From positions 2,048,001-2,112,000 of the forward strand of contig OZ242383.1 in assembly GCA_965209155.1 (NCBI GenBank): a DNA stretch of 64,000 bases, given 5' to 3'. The stretch comes from a bacterium (lineage in GTDB: Bacteria; SAR324; NAC60-12). Below the pieces are notes generated by a model. It did no database searches. It worked only from the letters and a program-made list of their open reading frames with translations, and was not told the origin of the DNA. Positions 28,861-41,440 of this stretch are shown here, piece after piece. The stretch's first letter is position 1, and each line of letters starts with the position of its first letter. Made by a program: the position numbers and the translations under genes.

Positions 28861-30762
28861 TTATTGAAATGCTACTTGCAGACGTTTCGCAAAAAGAGAT
28901 TGAGTGCTCTCGTGAATATCAGCGGATTGGTCGAGGGCGAGATAATTTTCTATATAGTAATCCAAGATTTTTTTGGCGATCGGCCCGGCGGCTTGGGAAC
29001 CCTTTCCTCCATGCTCTACCAAAACGACCACTGAAATTTCCGGATCATCCGCAGGACCAAAGGCGACAAACCAGGCATGATTCTGAAATTTTTTTTGATT
29101 TTTTTTCTCATCTTCCCAATTTTTCGTGGTCTTGTGTCCCACCACTTGAGCAGTTGCTGTTTTTCCAGCAATCCGCATGAATTTTGAACGAATCACTCGT
29201 CCCGTGCCGCGTTGCTCATTGACGGCCGCAAGCATACCATCACGGATGAGACTTAAAAACTCACGGGACAAACCCGTATGCTGATATTGAGGTAAATTTG
29301 GTTCTTGTGAAGCGCTTCCCAACGTTAATCGGGGTTGTACGGACACCCCCCCGTTAGCAATGATGTTTATAAAATTCAAAACCTGCAATGGCGTGGCCGT
29401 CACAAATCCTTGTCCGATCGCGACAGGAGGAGTTTCGCCCGGATACCAACGCTCTCCAAAGGTTTTCTTTTTCCAGGCACTACTTGGCATCAAACCCGAT
29501 TTTTCATCCAGGAGCGGAATACCGGTTTTCTTTCCAAAACCAAAACGTTTTCCATATTCGTGGAGAAGATCAATCCCCACTTTCTCGGCGACTTCGTAAA
29601 AGTAAACATTACAGGACTCTTTAATCGCTGTTCGTAAATCTACCGTTCCATGCCCCCCATACTCGTATCGCCAACATTTATAGGGTGTTCTGCGTCCCTT
29701 CAAATAGTAATATCCATTGCAGACGAAAGTGGATTGTTCATCAATGATGTTTTGATCCAATCCGGCATAAGCGGTCACTAATTTGAATATGGAACCGGGG
29801 GGATAAGTCCCTTGAATCGCTTTATTTTCCAAGGGATTTCCCGGATTATTCACCAGTCGCCTCCAGTCATTGCGACTGATTCCATCAGAAAACAAATTAG
29901 GATTGAAGCTTGGGAAACTCCCCATTCCTAAAATTTCTCCGGTTTTAGGACGCATGACGACCACGGCTCCACTTTTTTCCTGCATATTGCTGTATATGAA
30001 TTCCTGAATACGCGCATCAATGGTCAGGTAAATATCCTGTCCCGGAATGGGATTGACCGGCCTGCTCAACACCTTCAATTCACGTCCCAAATGATCCACT
30101 TCCACTTGTTTGCCTCCATCGGTTCCAATCAAAATATCATTTTGGATTTTCTCCATACTGGCCTGTCCCACGATATGCCCGGAACTCCGTTTGTTTTCAG
30201 GCATTTTTTCTTCTTGCGCCTCACTGCGGATTCCCACGTATCCTAAAATATGGGCGGCGATTTGATCATGGGGATAAAATCGTTTTGACCGGACCACAAT
30301 GGAAACTCCCGGAAAATCTTCTTGATAGGTTTCGGCGATAACGGCATTTTTGTATTCCAAATCCTTGTCCAAAATAACCGGTTTGAAAGGTGCTTGATGG
30401 CGATGGTCTTCCACTTTCTTTTTCAGGTCGACATACGATATATCAAGAGTTTCCGCAAGATTTCGCAGGGTTTTTTCCAAATCCGGGGTGTCTTCTCTAA
30501 TCAATTGCAAATGATAAGTGGGACGATTGTCTGCCAGGGCGATGCCATTGCGATCATATATGATCCCCCGTGGAGCGGGTTGCGGCACCAAACGGATACG
30601 ATTGCCCTGGGAATATTCCTCATATTTTTCTCCATTGATAATCTGTAAATACCATAATCGGGATGCCAACAAAGAAAAGATCAAGGCGATCACCAAGACA
30701 ATCACGGTAGTACGTATGCGGAATAATTTGAGCTCTTCGAGTGCCAGAGATTTTTTTTTCAT
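28861..30762 (-). CDS. mrdA: Penicillin-binding protein 2
   Basis: N-terminal TM, PGSIFK (SxxK), SCN, KTA; within the mre operon. Confidence 0.94.
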   Translation of the reverse strand: MKKKSLALEELKLFRIRTTVIVLVIALIFSLLASRLWYLQIINGEKYEEYSQGNRIRLVPQPAPRGIIYDRNGIALADNRPTYHLQLIREDTPDLEKTLRNLAETLDISYVDLKKKVEDHRHQAPFKPVILDKDLEYKNAVIAETYQEDFPGVSIVVRSKRFYPHDQIAAHILGYVGIRSEAQEEKMPENKRSSGHIVGQASMEKIQNDILIGTDGGKQVEVDHLGRELKVLSRPVNPIPGQDIYLTIDARIQEFIYSNMQEKSGAVVVMRPKTGEILGMGSFPSFNPNLFSDGISRNDWRRLVNNPGNPLENKAIQGTYPPGSIFKLVTAYAGLDQNIIDEQSTFVCNGYYYLKGRRTPYKCWRYEYGGHGTVDLRTAIKESCNVYFYEVAEKVGIDLLHEYGKRFGFGKKTGIPLLDEKSGLMPSSAWKKKTFGERWYPGETPPVAIGQGFVTATPLQVLNFINIIANGGVSVQPRLTLGSASQEPNLPQYQHTGLSREFLSLIRDGMLAAVNEQRGTGRVIRSKFMRIAGKTATAQVVGHKTTKNWEDEKKNQKKFQNHAWFVAFGPADDPEISVVVLVEHGGKGSQAAGPIAKKILDYYIENYLALDQSADIHESTQSLFAKRLQVAFQ

Positions 30763-30875
30763 GAGCTATCGTACTTCGAAGGGACGGAAAATCGCGCCCC
30801 TTTCAATCAATTTGTTTGTGATTCGTTCAACTGACAAGAATTGATCTTGAAATTCATTCAAACTCCGGGATTGCT

Positions 30876-31397
30876 TCACCATCGAAAAGGAATGGAGGGT
30901 TTCTCTTCCGGTTTGAGATGAAGGATTCGTTCCGTACGAATCAATATCACTAAAAATAAAGGAGAAATCAATCCTTGAATAATTGCCACGAAAGAAACGG
31001 TCTGGAAAAAAAGTCGATTCCAAGAAAGATCTGAATTCACTAATTTGAACAAAGTCAGGGCGACCCCTCCTTCGAGCCAAGACAATGCTGCCACAATAAG
31101 AACAGTGGAAATCAAATTTTTGTCATAAAACCAAACGCCAATCCATCGCGTCAAAATCAAAATCAAAAAAAATGAAAGACCGTAGACCCCAATCATCGAA
31201 TGAGAAACTGCATCCGACATCAATCCCAAAGTCAAGCCGTAAAACAACAAAAAAGGCGATTTCCATCGCAACATCAGGATGAGCAATACGATCAAAACAA
31301 TATTGATTTTAAATCCTGCTATCTGGAGGTAGCTGCTGAAACCGGTTTCCAGCCAAAGAGCGAAGAGTCCGGCAATTCCCCAGTATAAATGAATCAT
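30876..31397 (-). CDS. mreD: Rod shape-determining protein MreD
   Basis: Highly hydrophobic; located between mreC and mrdA. Confidence 0.85.
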   Translation of the reverse strand: MIHLYWGIAGLFALWLETGFSSYLQIAGFKINIVLIVLLILMLRWKSPFLLFYGLTLGLMSDAVSHSMIGVYGLSFFLILILTRWIGVWFYDKNLISTVLIVAALSWLEGGVALTLFKLVNSDLSWNRLFFQTVSFVAIIQGLISPLFLVILIRTERILHLKPEEKPSIPFRW

Positions 31398-32239
31398 TTT
31401 CCTGAAAGTAGTTTCTCATTTGCGTGAATATCGTCCTTGATAACGATAAATACGCCTTCAATTTTGTCGAAATCGACAATGGGGGTCAATTCTGCAGTTT
31501 GAAACATCGCATGATCCTCTTGATTTACTTGCGTAACCGTCCCAACCAGGATTCCTTTGGGAAACAATCCACTCAATCCGTTGGTCACCACCCTGTCACC
31601 GACTTTGACGTCGGCCCGCAGGTGGATCCTTCTCAACTCCAGGTCGTCTCCAGTTCCGTATACCAGACCTTTGACACGGGTGCGTTGCAGGATTGCCGGA
31701 AAGCGGCTGCGTCTATCCAGAATCAACTGAACGGTCGACTGAAAAGGCGAGACTGTCTGAATGCGACCCACCACTCCTTCTTTTAAAACGACTGCAAAAT
31801 TCCGTTGAATTCCATCTCTGGAACCACGATTGATTTGCAGAGTTTGATGAAAGTTATCAATCGATTCTCCAATGACTTCCGAAAAAACTTTCTCAAGCGG
31901 ATTTTCTTCTGCAAATTCCAGTTGTACCTTCAATCGATGATAGCGGACGGATTCTTCAATATAACGATTGATTTCCTCTTTCAAAGCAACTACCTGTTGT
32001 TTCAGCGCCTCATTTTCCTGGTGCAGTTGAACGAGATAAAAATAGGAATCGGTGAGATCACTGGTAAAAGAAATGAATTCGTGGACCAGGACCTGGACAG
32101 GGTAGGTAATGGTCTGAGTGAGGTTTTGGATTTTTGAATTATTCCGGTAATTCCCTGCTTCAAAGAGATAAATCAAAACTCCAATGATCGTGATGACAAC
32201 AGCAAGCAGCAGACGATGCTTCTTGAACAAATCAAACAT
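31394..32239 (-). CDS. mreC: Rod shape-determining protein MreC
   Basis: TM + coiled coil + INRGSRDG, GVVGRI, TNGLSGLFPKG. Confidence 0.93.
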   Translation of the reverse strand: MFDLFKKHRLLLAVVITIIGVLIYLFEAGNYRNNSKIQNLTQTITYPVQVLVHEFISFTSDLTDSYFYLVQLHQENEALKQQVVALKEEINRYIEESVRYHRLKVQLEFAEENPLEKVFSEVIGESIDNFHQTLQINRGSRDGIQRNFAVVLKEGVVGRIQTVSPFQSTVQLILDRRSRFPAILQRTRVKGLVYGTGDDLELRRIHLRADVKVGDRVVTNGLSGLFPKGILVGTVTQVNQEDHAMFQTAELTPIVDFDKIEGVFIVIKDDIHANEKLLSGK

Positions 32240-32300
32240 GATTCAAGGACCGGAACAAAGGGCAATATGGCAGGATGGAGCCAAAATAGTTGGATTCAGT

Positions 32301-33341
32301 TCACACTGCAATGGATGATAACAAATCGATTTCATCCAATACCTTACCTGTTCCAAGAGCAACGCAGGAAAGAGGGTCGTCCGCATGTAGCACAGGAAGC
32401 CCGGTTTGTTCTCTCAATAAAATATCCAATCCCGTCAACAACGATCCACCACCCGCTAAGACAATGCCTTTGTCTACAACGTCAGAAGCCAACTCCGGCG
32501 GGGTGCGTTCCAGGGAATTGCGAACAATCTGGACAATTTCACTGCAAATATCGGACAACGCCTCCCGAATCTCCTCATCACCCAAAATCATAGTCTTGGG
32601 GGTTCCCGTGACCAGATCTCTTCCTTTTATTGCTCGATTTTTAGGATCTTTTAGCGCAAATGCTGAACCCAAATGGATTTTTATTTCTTCAGCGCTTCTT
32701 TCTCCAATCAGTAAATTATATTTCTTTTTGACAAATTGAACAATAGCCTCGTCCATTGCATCACCTCCCACTCGAACCGAATCACTATAGACAACACCCG
32801 CCAGTGAAATCATGGCAATTTCCGTAGTTCCGCCTCCAATGTCCACAATCATGTTCCCGCTTGGTTCGGTGACGGCTAGTCCCGCACCAATCGCTGCTGC
32901 CATGGGTTCTTCAATCAGAAATATTTCCTTGGCCCCTGCAGATTCAGCCGACTCCCTGACGGCTCGTCTCTCCACCTGGGTGATTCCAGAAGGCACTGCA
33001 ATGATGATACGCGGTTTGAATCGAATGAGAGAATTGTTTTTTTGGACCTGATTGATGAAATGTTTCAACATTTCCTGGGTGATTTCAAAATCCGAAATCA
33101 CACCATCTTTGATAGGTCGGATAGCCTTGATATTGCCTGGAGTTCTCCCTAGCATCGACTTGGCTTCCTCTCCAATTGCCAGGACTTTGTAAGTGCCATT
33201 CAAATCCCGTCGCACAGCAACCACGGACGGCTCCCGGATAACAATCCCCTGTCCTTTGATAAAGACCAAGGTATTGGCTGTTCCCAAATCAATTGCTAAG
33301 TCGTGGGAGACGTAATTCGATATAGTTGATAAGATGCCCAT
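32301..33341 (-). CDS. mreB: Rod shape-determining protein MreB
   Basis: [30 protein letters not shown]. Confidence 0.97.
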   Translation of the reverse strand: MGILSTISNYVSHDLAIDLGTANTLVFIKGQGIVIREPSVVAVRRDLNGTYKVLAIGEEAKSMLGRTPGNIKAIRPIKDGVISDFEITQEMLKHFINQVQKNNSLIRFKPRIIIAVPSGITQVERRAVRESAESAGAKEIFLIEEPMAAAIGAGLAVTEPSGNMIVDIGGGTTEIAMISLAGVVYSDSVRVGGDAMDEAIVQFVKKKYNLLIGERSAEEIKIHLGSAFALKDPKNRAIKGRDLVTGTPKTMILGDEEIREALSDICSEIVQIVRNSLERTPPELASDVVDKGIVLAGGGSLLTGLDILLREQTGLPVLHADDPLSCVALGTGKVLDEIDLLSSIAV

Positions 33342-33666
33342 CTTGGCTCAGTGATTTTTATAAGGTTCTCGGTATTTTTCCCAATGCAATTTTTTCAGCT
33401 CTTCCGGATTGTGAGAAACGGGGGAAAGAATCCATGATTGCCTCATTGGATCAAAGCCACCAAAAAAGCGCGATCACAATCACTATGTCCAATGCGATCA
33501 CAAATTTATCAACCAGCTTTTGGTTCTCAACAGTCATCATGTCATAGTCCCGTTGGAAGAGAGTTTTCAATAAAAATTTGGATTGAGGGCGAATTATTTC
33601 TTTAATCATAACAATACCTTTCTAAAGAGGAGAAAACACTTCGCGCATTTCGTTATAATTTGATCC

Positions 33667-35622
33667 TCATTTTGCGCACAAGATCCGATGGTTGTCAATA
33701 CGTGCCGTGAGGAGTTTCATGTCAAAATACTCCAGTAACTCAACGGCATATTTTCTATTGATCTGCAGCAGTTCCTTAAATTCAATCACCGTGAGTTGTT
33801 GCCGATCTTCAAAATATCGACGGATTTTATCCTCCACGGCATTCAGTCGCTCCGGCGGGTAATACAGGTCGTCGGCTACCCGTACCAGTTGTTGATTATG
33901 GGTGGCCATTTTGAGCAACAAAATTCCTTCCTTTTTTTCCAGTCCACATTTTTCCAGAATCAGAGATTGTCTCGGGGGTTGATAGCCTCCTTCTTCAATG
34001 AGGGCAAGACATTGTCGCAGATAATTTTCGTTCTCTTTGGAAAGACGTTTTTGATGTTCCGGAAGGTGGTAATAATAATCGTCGCCACTGCGGTGCGTTT
34101 CCTCCAATAGTTTAGATTTGACAAGAAACTTAAGAATTTGAGTGATTTCTTTCTCATTACGTAACAAGAGGGATAATTTCCCCAACAATTCAGCTTTTGT
34201 CATGCCTTGGCGTTCTGGGAATTTTTGATGAAAAGATTCAATCACCCTTTTGATAAATATGCCAATACGATCGACATGATTGACGTGAAGGAATCGTTTG
34301 TAAACAGGGTCGATGCAAATAATTTTTTGTAAAGAAGCCAAATCCTGCAGAATCATCTCTGCTTGTTTTTCCGAATACCCCAGGCGCACTGTCACTTCTT
34401 TCATCAACGAACCTTGAGTGGATTGCAAATAAATCACTTGCTCGGCTGCCAGGTGTAGATCATCACCGGCTATGAGTTCCAGTCGTTCAAGCAATTCAGC
34501 TCGAATACGTCTCGACTTACCCGGAGCAGGATCAATGATGCGTCCCCCTCCCAAGGTAAAAATCGGAGAATAGTTGCGAACAATGAATCGATCGCCAAAA
34601 CGGCTGCTGACCGGTTGTTCCAAACGTAACTGCGCCAGTTTCGACTCGCCTTGCTTGATTTGATCTCCTTGTAGAGGATTGATTCGCCCCATCACTTCTC
34701 GGGTTCCTAAATAAATACGCATTCTCTCTCTGCGAAGCAGGGGATTGGGCGCACTTTTCAGGACCTGTAATTCCACATTCAAAATATAACTCGTGAGTAA
34801 GGAATCGCACTGCGCGAGTTGGTCTCCTCGTTGGATCTCTTCTTTACTCAAATTGGGAATGTTGATCGCTACCCTTTGTCCTGCCCGCACGTGCTCTACC
34901 GTTTTTCCATGGACTTGAAATCCACGAATTCGCACGGGATTTTTTGCGGGGAACTGCAAAATCATTCCATCTTTATTCATAGGACCCAGACTCAACTGGC
35001 CATCCAGCAAAGTACCAGTACAGATTGTACCAAAACCTCTGATGGTAAAAGAACGATCCACCATAAATCGAAAGGGCTTTTCATATTGATGGGGTTTTAA
35101 TTGCAGGTAGAGATTTGCCAACTCGGTTCGCAGATTTCCCAATCCTTCACCAGTTACGGCAGAGACCGGAATGACAGGAGCGTTTTTCAGAAAAGTTTCT
35201 GCAACCAACTCTTTAATTTCTTCTTTGCATAATTCGATCATCTCCGCATCTTCTACTAAGTCGCATCGCGTTAAAACGACCACCCCGGAACTGATATTGA
35301 GCAGATTACAAATGTCCAAATGTTCTCTGGTTTGGGGCATGACGCCATCATCCGCCGCAATAACCAAAATCACCGCGTCGATTCCTGCAGCCCCTGCAAG
35401 CATATTATGTACAAATTTTTCATGACCCGGTACGTCGATGAACGAAAATTGAGTTCCCTTTTCATCTTGATAATGCGCAAAACCCAGATCAATAGTAATC
35501 CCCCTTTTTTTTTCTTCCGCAAGCCGGTCGGGGTCCGTACCTGTCAACGCCTGCACAAGCGTGCTTTTTCCATGATCGATATGGCCGCTGGTACCTATAA
35601 CAAAATTTCGTGAACTTCCCAT
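33667..35622 (-). CDS. selB: Selenocysteine-specific translation elongation factor
   Basis: GHIDHGKS, RGITIDLGF, DVPGHEKF, C-terminal winged helices with RKYAVELLEYFD. Confidence 0.95.
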   Translation of the reverse strand: MGSSRNFVIGTSGHIDHGKSTLVQALTGTDPDRLAEEKKRGITIDLGFAHYQDEKGTQFSFIDVPGHEKFVHNMLAGAAGIDAVILVIAADDGVMPQTREHLDICNLLNISSGVVVLTRCDLVEDAEMIELCKEEIKELVAETFLKNAPVIPVSAVTGEGLGNLRTELANLYLQLKPHQYEKPFRFMVDRSFTIRGFGTICTGTLLDGQLSLGPMNKDGMILQFPAKNPVRIRGFQVHGKTVEHVRAGQRVAINIPNLSKEEIQRGDQLAQCDSLLTSYILNVELQVLKSAPNPLLRRERMRIYLGTREVMGRINPLQGDQIKQGESKLAQLRLEQPVSSRFGDRFIVRNYSPIFTLGGGRIIDPAPGKSRRIRAELLERLELIAGDDLHLAAEQVIYLQSTQGSLMKEVTVRLGYSEKQAEMILQDLASLQKIICIDPVYKRFLHVNHVDRIGIFIKRVIESFHQKFPERQGMTKAELLGKLSLLLRNEKEITQILKFLVKSKLLEETHRSGDDYYYHLPEHQKRLSKENENYLRQCLALIEEGGYQPPRQSLILEKCGLEKKEGILLLKMATHNQQLVRVADDLYYPPERLNAVEDKIRRYFEDRQQLTVIEFKELLQINRKYAVELLEYFDMKLLTARIDNHRILCAK

Positions 35623-35876
35623 ACGCAGCGTTCACCTGATATAAAAAAGGAATCTTATGAGTTATATTTATGTTTCGCTGTTCTCAGCTGGCCGAGGTTT
35701 GAATTTTTCTCTCCAGTGAAAGGCAATTTCCAGAAATTGGAGGCAAGACAGGATTCAATTCTCATAGATGACCGGATGGGTCAAACCAGAATTGGAATGG
35801 ATGACACGCTGGCAACAACGTACCGGATAGAGGTAAATGTCTGGCGTAAAATTGTCGACAAATACATCCGCATTGG

Positions 35877-36209
35877 TCAAGCGTAGCATTGGTCGGTTTT
35901 GGCAGCATAAATGAAATCACTTTCAGTCAAACCATTGATTTTATGGGTCCAGACCAAGACTTTGACTTTTCCCCAGGCAAGGTAAATATCCGGATGATGC
36001 CCTTCTGTTTCTGCAACCTCTCCGATTTTATTGGTAAAATCCAAAGCTTGTTGAAAATTCTTAAAAGCGAATTCCTTTTCCAAGTGATGGTCATCAATGA
36101 CTTGCCATCCATTCTCCAATTTCTTGTGAATCGAGGTCAGTGCTTCTCCTTTCAAAGGAGGCACTCCTCCTTTGCATGGGACACAATTTTTTTGGGCTAA
36201 TTCATTCAT
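35877..36209 (-). CDS. Pterin-4-alpha-carbinolamine dehydratase
   Basis: CVPCKGG, EGHHPDI, WTHKINGLTESDFIYAAK. Confidence 0.92.
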   Translation of the reverse strand: MNELAQKNCVPCKGGVPPLKGEALTSIHKKLENGWQVIDDHHLEKEFAFKNFQQALDFTNKIGEVAETEGHHPDIYLAWGKVKVLVWTHKINGLTESDFIYAAKTDQCYA

Positions 36210-36633
36210 TACTTCCTTCCTCTGAAATAATATTGTTTGCGTAAAACCACCACTTTTCCCTCTCTTTGAAATTTGAAAGTTTATCGGACCAATAGACAAA
36301 ATCACGATAAGCAGCTCGTGAAAAGGTATTACCCAATCTTTGAGCCAGGGTCAGCTGCAGAAAAGAGAGCATCGTTTTGTAAAGAGCCAGGTATTTCCCC
36401 TCCACGTAGACCGGCTTCATGGCTTCGATATAATCGTAAGCCCATTGCAATGAATCGAGGCGCACCTTCTCAATTTCTTCGATTCGATTGAATTCTCTTT
36501 TGAGAACTTTATAATGTTTGCGGATCGTACTCCCCAATTTGGGTAGCAGCTCTTCCATTTCTGGCGTCAATAGCATGAGATGTCGGACAATATGGGGTTC
36601 GTCGTTAAAAATCTCGGGTTGATTGCCATACAC
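36202..36633 (-). CDS. Hypothetical protein (possibly the 3' part of a split gene)
   Basis: 143-aa ORF with a protein-like composition; co-directional with its neighbours. Confidence 0.55.
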   Translation of the reverse strand: MYGNQPEIFNDEPHIVRHLMLLTPEMEELLPKLGSTIRKHYKVLKREFNRIEEIEKVRLDSLQWAYDYIEAMKPVYVEGKYLALYKTMLSFLQLTLAQRLGNTFSRAAYRDFVYWSDKLSNFKEREKWWFYANNIISEEGSNE

Positions 36634-36655
36634 TATACCACTTTACGAACTTACA

Positions 36656-36847
36656 TCAAATTTTCATGTGATTGGCTTGATAGTATTCTCGCAAGAGGGG
36701 ATCTTTTCGCGCATATTCTTTGGTTTTTTTATAAATTTTTAGAATGCTTTCTTCATCAATCAGGCGATGCGGCGTAGTGTTGGTTTCGCGATACCATTTC
36801 ATCGCTTCCAAGCGGAGACGTTCATCCGGAGATAGCGCTTCAGTCAT
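36656..36847 (-). CDS. Hypothetical protein (possibly the 5' part of a split gene)
   Basis: MTEALSPDERLRLEAMKWYRE...; ends 22 bp before the next ORF, which is in another frame. Confidence 0.45.
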   Translation of the reverse strand: MTEALSPDERLRLEAMKWYRETNTTPHRLIDEESILKIYKKTKEYARKDPLLREYYQANHMKI

Positions 36848-36987
36848 GATGAGATTCAGCAAGAATGATAAAAAAGCTGATTGCGTAAGCAATTCAAGTG
36901 GAGCAATTGTACAGCCGTCGTATGGTAATCAATGATTGAGTGAGTGTCAATGAGGGATTAGGAATAAATTGTGCTGAAAAGCAATTT

Positions 36988-39720
36988 TTATCGAGAATTT
37001 TCAAAAAAACCGGTGTCCGGCAATGAGTGTAAATCGCCCTGACGAAAACGCCGGTACTGCTGCATCAGGTACTGAAAATGCTCGGTTTGGGAATTCGATT
37101 TAAAAATAGCCTCTTTGATCGTTTCGATGGCCATGTCAATTTGTCCGGATTGAAAATAAGCCTCAGCCAGAGTATCCAGATGCTCTTTAGAAGGATGCAG
37201 GTTTACGGCCTGCCGGGCATAAACCAGTGCTTGTTCGAGATAATCCGTTTTTAAGTTCCCGGTTGTCAGATAAATCCATGCCAGGTTATTCAAGCTTTCT
37301 GCGTGTTGGGGTTTGAAGGAAAGTATTTTCTTATAAATTTGAATCGATTCCTGGTCCCGGCCGATGGTTTGGAGCAGATAAGCCAACCGGGAAAGCCCCC
37401 AAAGCGGCTCCTCGAAGTGACGCACAAAATCCGAATAATGGTCGACGCTTTTCTTGAATTGACCTTGATTTTCATAAACTCTTGCTAAACGGGCTTTAAT
37501 CCAGGGAAATTCCGGCATGAGTCGCTGAATCTTTTGGTAATAGCGTTCCGCTTCCTGAAAATTTTTATTGAGTTCATAAACAAATCCAATTTGAAACAAT
37601 ACCCAAGACGAAGTTATTTCAATCCCATCCGTCTGTTCGAGAAGGGTTGTTACATGCTTCAATGCCTCTTCTTGTTGTCTCATAACCAGTCGTAGAACAA
37701 TTTTCAGGGTTTCTTGAATAGGAGGCTCCAAAGGGGCTGTTTCAATGACTGGCAGTACATCGCTGTTTTGCAAAAAGAGTATTTGCTCGAGCACGGGCCG
37801 GATGTCACCAGCCGCTTCGCCAAACCAATTGCGTTGTGAGACCGTATCTTCAAGAAGCATGTAATGATAAAACGTCCACAATTCCAAGTCCGAATGGAGC
37901 AAAGCATTCAAGAGGGATTCGCGCGCCTGCTCCTGTTGGGAAAGTTCGTTCAAGACCACTCCCCGGTGCGCCCATAAAAATGAGGAGTCCGAGGAGAGAT
38001 CCATGGCTCGTTCAAAGGCAACCAAGGCTTGGCCCCATTGCCCGAGCTTTTCATAAGTCAACCCGAGAATCTCATAGAGCGAGGGGGATTGGGGAAGGCG
38101 TACCAGACCGTTTTTCAGGATTTTCAGCGATTCTTTTTCTTTTTTCTGTAAGAGTTTTAACAAACCCAATTGCGCATAGCCCCACTCGACCGTCGGATTG
38201 TCTTCAAGAAAGCGCATTAATTCCAATTCGGCTTCCGACCGTTCACCGCGGCGCAGTAGCAGTCGAATCAGTTGCTGCCGCACGTTCGACAATTGCGGTT
38301 CGAAATGCAATGCTCTTTTATAATAGAATTTGCTTTGTTCGAGATTACCGAGTTTTTGTTCCAGGAAACCCAAATGGTAAAGAAACTCACTGTTCTCTGA
38401 AAAGCGCTCCATCATTCCAAGAAAAATTTCCTTAGCTTGTTCCAACTGCTGCCTTGCTTCATAAAAACGAGCCAGCATGAAAGACATTTCACGACTATCG
38501 GGAAAGTCCACAAGCCCTTCTTCAAGGATTTCAATGGCATTTTCAAAACGCAATTCCGACCAATACAGTCGGGCCAGACGGATCAAGATCACTTCTTCTC
38601 CGACTTCTTTGACATTTTGATCAATAACATACTGGTATTGCGCGATTGCCTCTTCTTTTTTTTCTTGCCATTCCAGGATATATCCCAGTTGTTTGCGAGC
38701 CCAGAGGTTGCGAGGTTCGTACTTCAGGCCTTCCTGGAATGCTTCTTCCGCCTGGTCCCATTGTTGTTGCTCGGCATAAATGGCACCCAAACGAATATAT
38801 GCCCAGGCATAATCCCGACGATAGCGGATTGCTTGTTCGAGATGTTTTATTCCCTGATCAAATTGCTGCTGGTGAAAAGCCAAATTCCCATAGTGAGCAT
38901 GGGCCCAGGCGTTTTCAGGGAACAAGTGCAACATTGCTTGTAAAACTTTTTCCAATTCACTTATTTCTCCGTAGTCTTCCAGAAGCATCGCGTAAGATTT
39001 TAAAAATGCGTAATCGTCCGGATTCAATTCCAAGGCTTTTCGCATAGCAATGACGGCAAGCGCATATTCTCCCTGCTGTTCCCGGATAAAACTGATCTGG
39101 CGCCAGACCTCGGCGTAGTTTGGATCGATGTCGGCTGCTTTGATCAGGAATTGCAGAGCCTCATCTAAATTTTGTTGTTGGATTTTCAAAAAACCGAACA
39201 ATAAATGGATTTCAAAAGATTCCGGATTCCGGGCAAGAGCAATTTTGAAGTCGGCTTCCGCTCGAGAAATATGTTGGAGCTTCAGTAACAATTTCCCTCG
39301 GTCTAAATACAATTCAGCACCTTCTCCATTCTCCCCGGGAAGTTGAGCAATCGCTTGATGGTAATGCTCCAGCGCTTGCTCATCCTGTCCCAATATCTGA
39401 TACAAATTGCCCATTTCTCGTAAAATCACCGGCGAAGGAGGACGACTCCGTCTATGCGTCATTTCCTGAGCTTGCAAAAGGCTTTCTAATGCTTTTTCCC
39501 ATTCATGATGGCTTTGATAGTGCTGGGAAAGTCGAAAATATCCCAACCAGTGATGAGGATTGATACGGATCGCAATTTTTAATCGTTCTTCTTCAGAAAA
39601 GCGATTGATGGAAGGGGAAGAAGGCGTGGAGGATTTGCTCAGAGTTTCATTTGGGAGTTGAGTACACTGACTGAGGAGCAGGCAGCCTGCTATTGACAAG
39701 GTTATCCAGTGAATTTTCAT
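36988..39720 (-). CDS. Large TPR-repeat protein, probable lipoprotein
   Basis: MKIHWITLSIAGCLLLSQC lipobox-like signal; many TPR helices; LNNLAW...LDTLAEAYF. Confidence 0.88.
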   Translation of the reverse strand: MKIHWITLSIAGCLLLSQCTQLPNETLSKSSTPSSPSINRFSEEERLKIAIRINPHHWLGYFRLSQHYQSHHEWEKALESLLQAQEMTHRRSRPPSPVILREMGNLYQILGQDEQALEHYHQAIAQLPGENGEGAELYLDRGKLLLKLQHISRAEADFKIALARNPESFEIHLLFGFLKIQQQNLDEALQFLIKAADIDPNYAEVWRQISFIREQQGEYALAVIAMRKALELNPDDYAFLKSYAMLLEDYGEISELEKVLQAMLHLFPENAWAHAHYGNLAFHQQQFDQGIKHLEQAIRYRRDYAWAYIRLGAIYAEQQQWDQAEEAFQEGLKYEPRNLWARKQLGYILEWQEKKEEAIAQYQYVIDQNVKEVGEEVILIRLARLYWSELRFENAIEILEEGLVDFPDSREMSFMLARFYEARQQLEQAKEIFLGMMERFSENSEFLYHLGFLEQKLGNLEQSKFYYKRALHFEPQLSNVRQQLIRLLLRRGERSEAELELMRFLEDNPTVEWGYAQLGLLKLLQKKEKESLKILKNGLVRLPQSPSLYEILGLTYEKLGQWGQALVAFERAMDLSSDSSFLWAHRGVVLNELSQQEQARESLLNALLHSDLELWTFYHYMLLEDTVSQRNWFGEAAGDIRPVLEQILFLQNSDVLPVIETAPLEPPIQETLKIVLRLVMRQQEEALKHVTTLLEQTDGIEITSSWVLFQIGFVYELNKNFQEAERYYQKIQRLMPEFPWIKARLARVYENQGQFKKSVDHYSDFVRHFEEPLWGLSRLAYLLQTIGRDQESIQIYKKILSFKPQHAESLNNLAWIYLTTGNLKTDYLEQALVYARQAVNLHPSKEHLDTLAEAYFQSGQIDMAIETIKEAIFKSNSQTEHFQYLMQQYRRFRQGDLHSLPDTGFFENSR

Positions 39721-39960
39721 GTAACTCGTAAATCGAAATGCAAACACGCTTTCGGGATGAGTCAGTTCATCAAGCATAACATTTTTCGAGAAAAGACTAA
39801 ATAAGAATAAAATGGGAGAAAAGCGCTCTTGAGCAATCGTACGCCATTATTTGTTCTATTTGTTTGGCAAGTAATCTTCATTCATGTCAGAATTTTTAGT
39901 AAGAAATACAAATGTTTTTCAGTAAGATAGCTCAATCGCGTACTCGAAATCTCTTAGAGC

Positions 39961-41405
<1,445 letters not shown>

Positions 41406-41440
41406 GGGCCGCTACGGCCAGGCGCAGGGAAAGGGGAGGA

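Noticed and set aside
33451..33540. 29-aa hydrophobic small ORF upstream of mreB (minus strand)
   Set aside because: Too short to support without conservation or ribosome-profiling data.
36656..36658. Selenocysteine read-through of a TGA near selB
   Set aside because: The frame closes again about 15 codons later and the next ORF is in a different frame.
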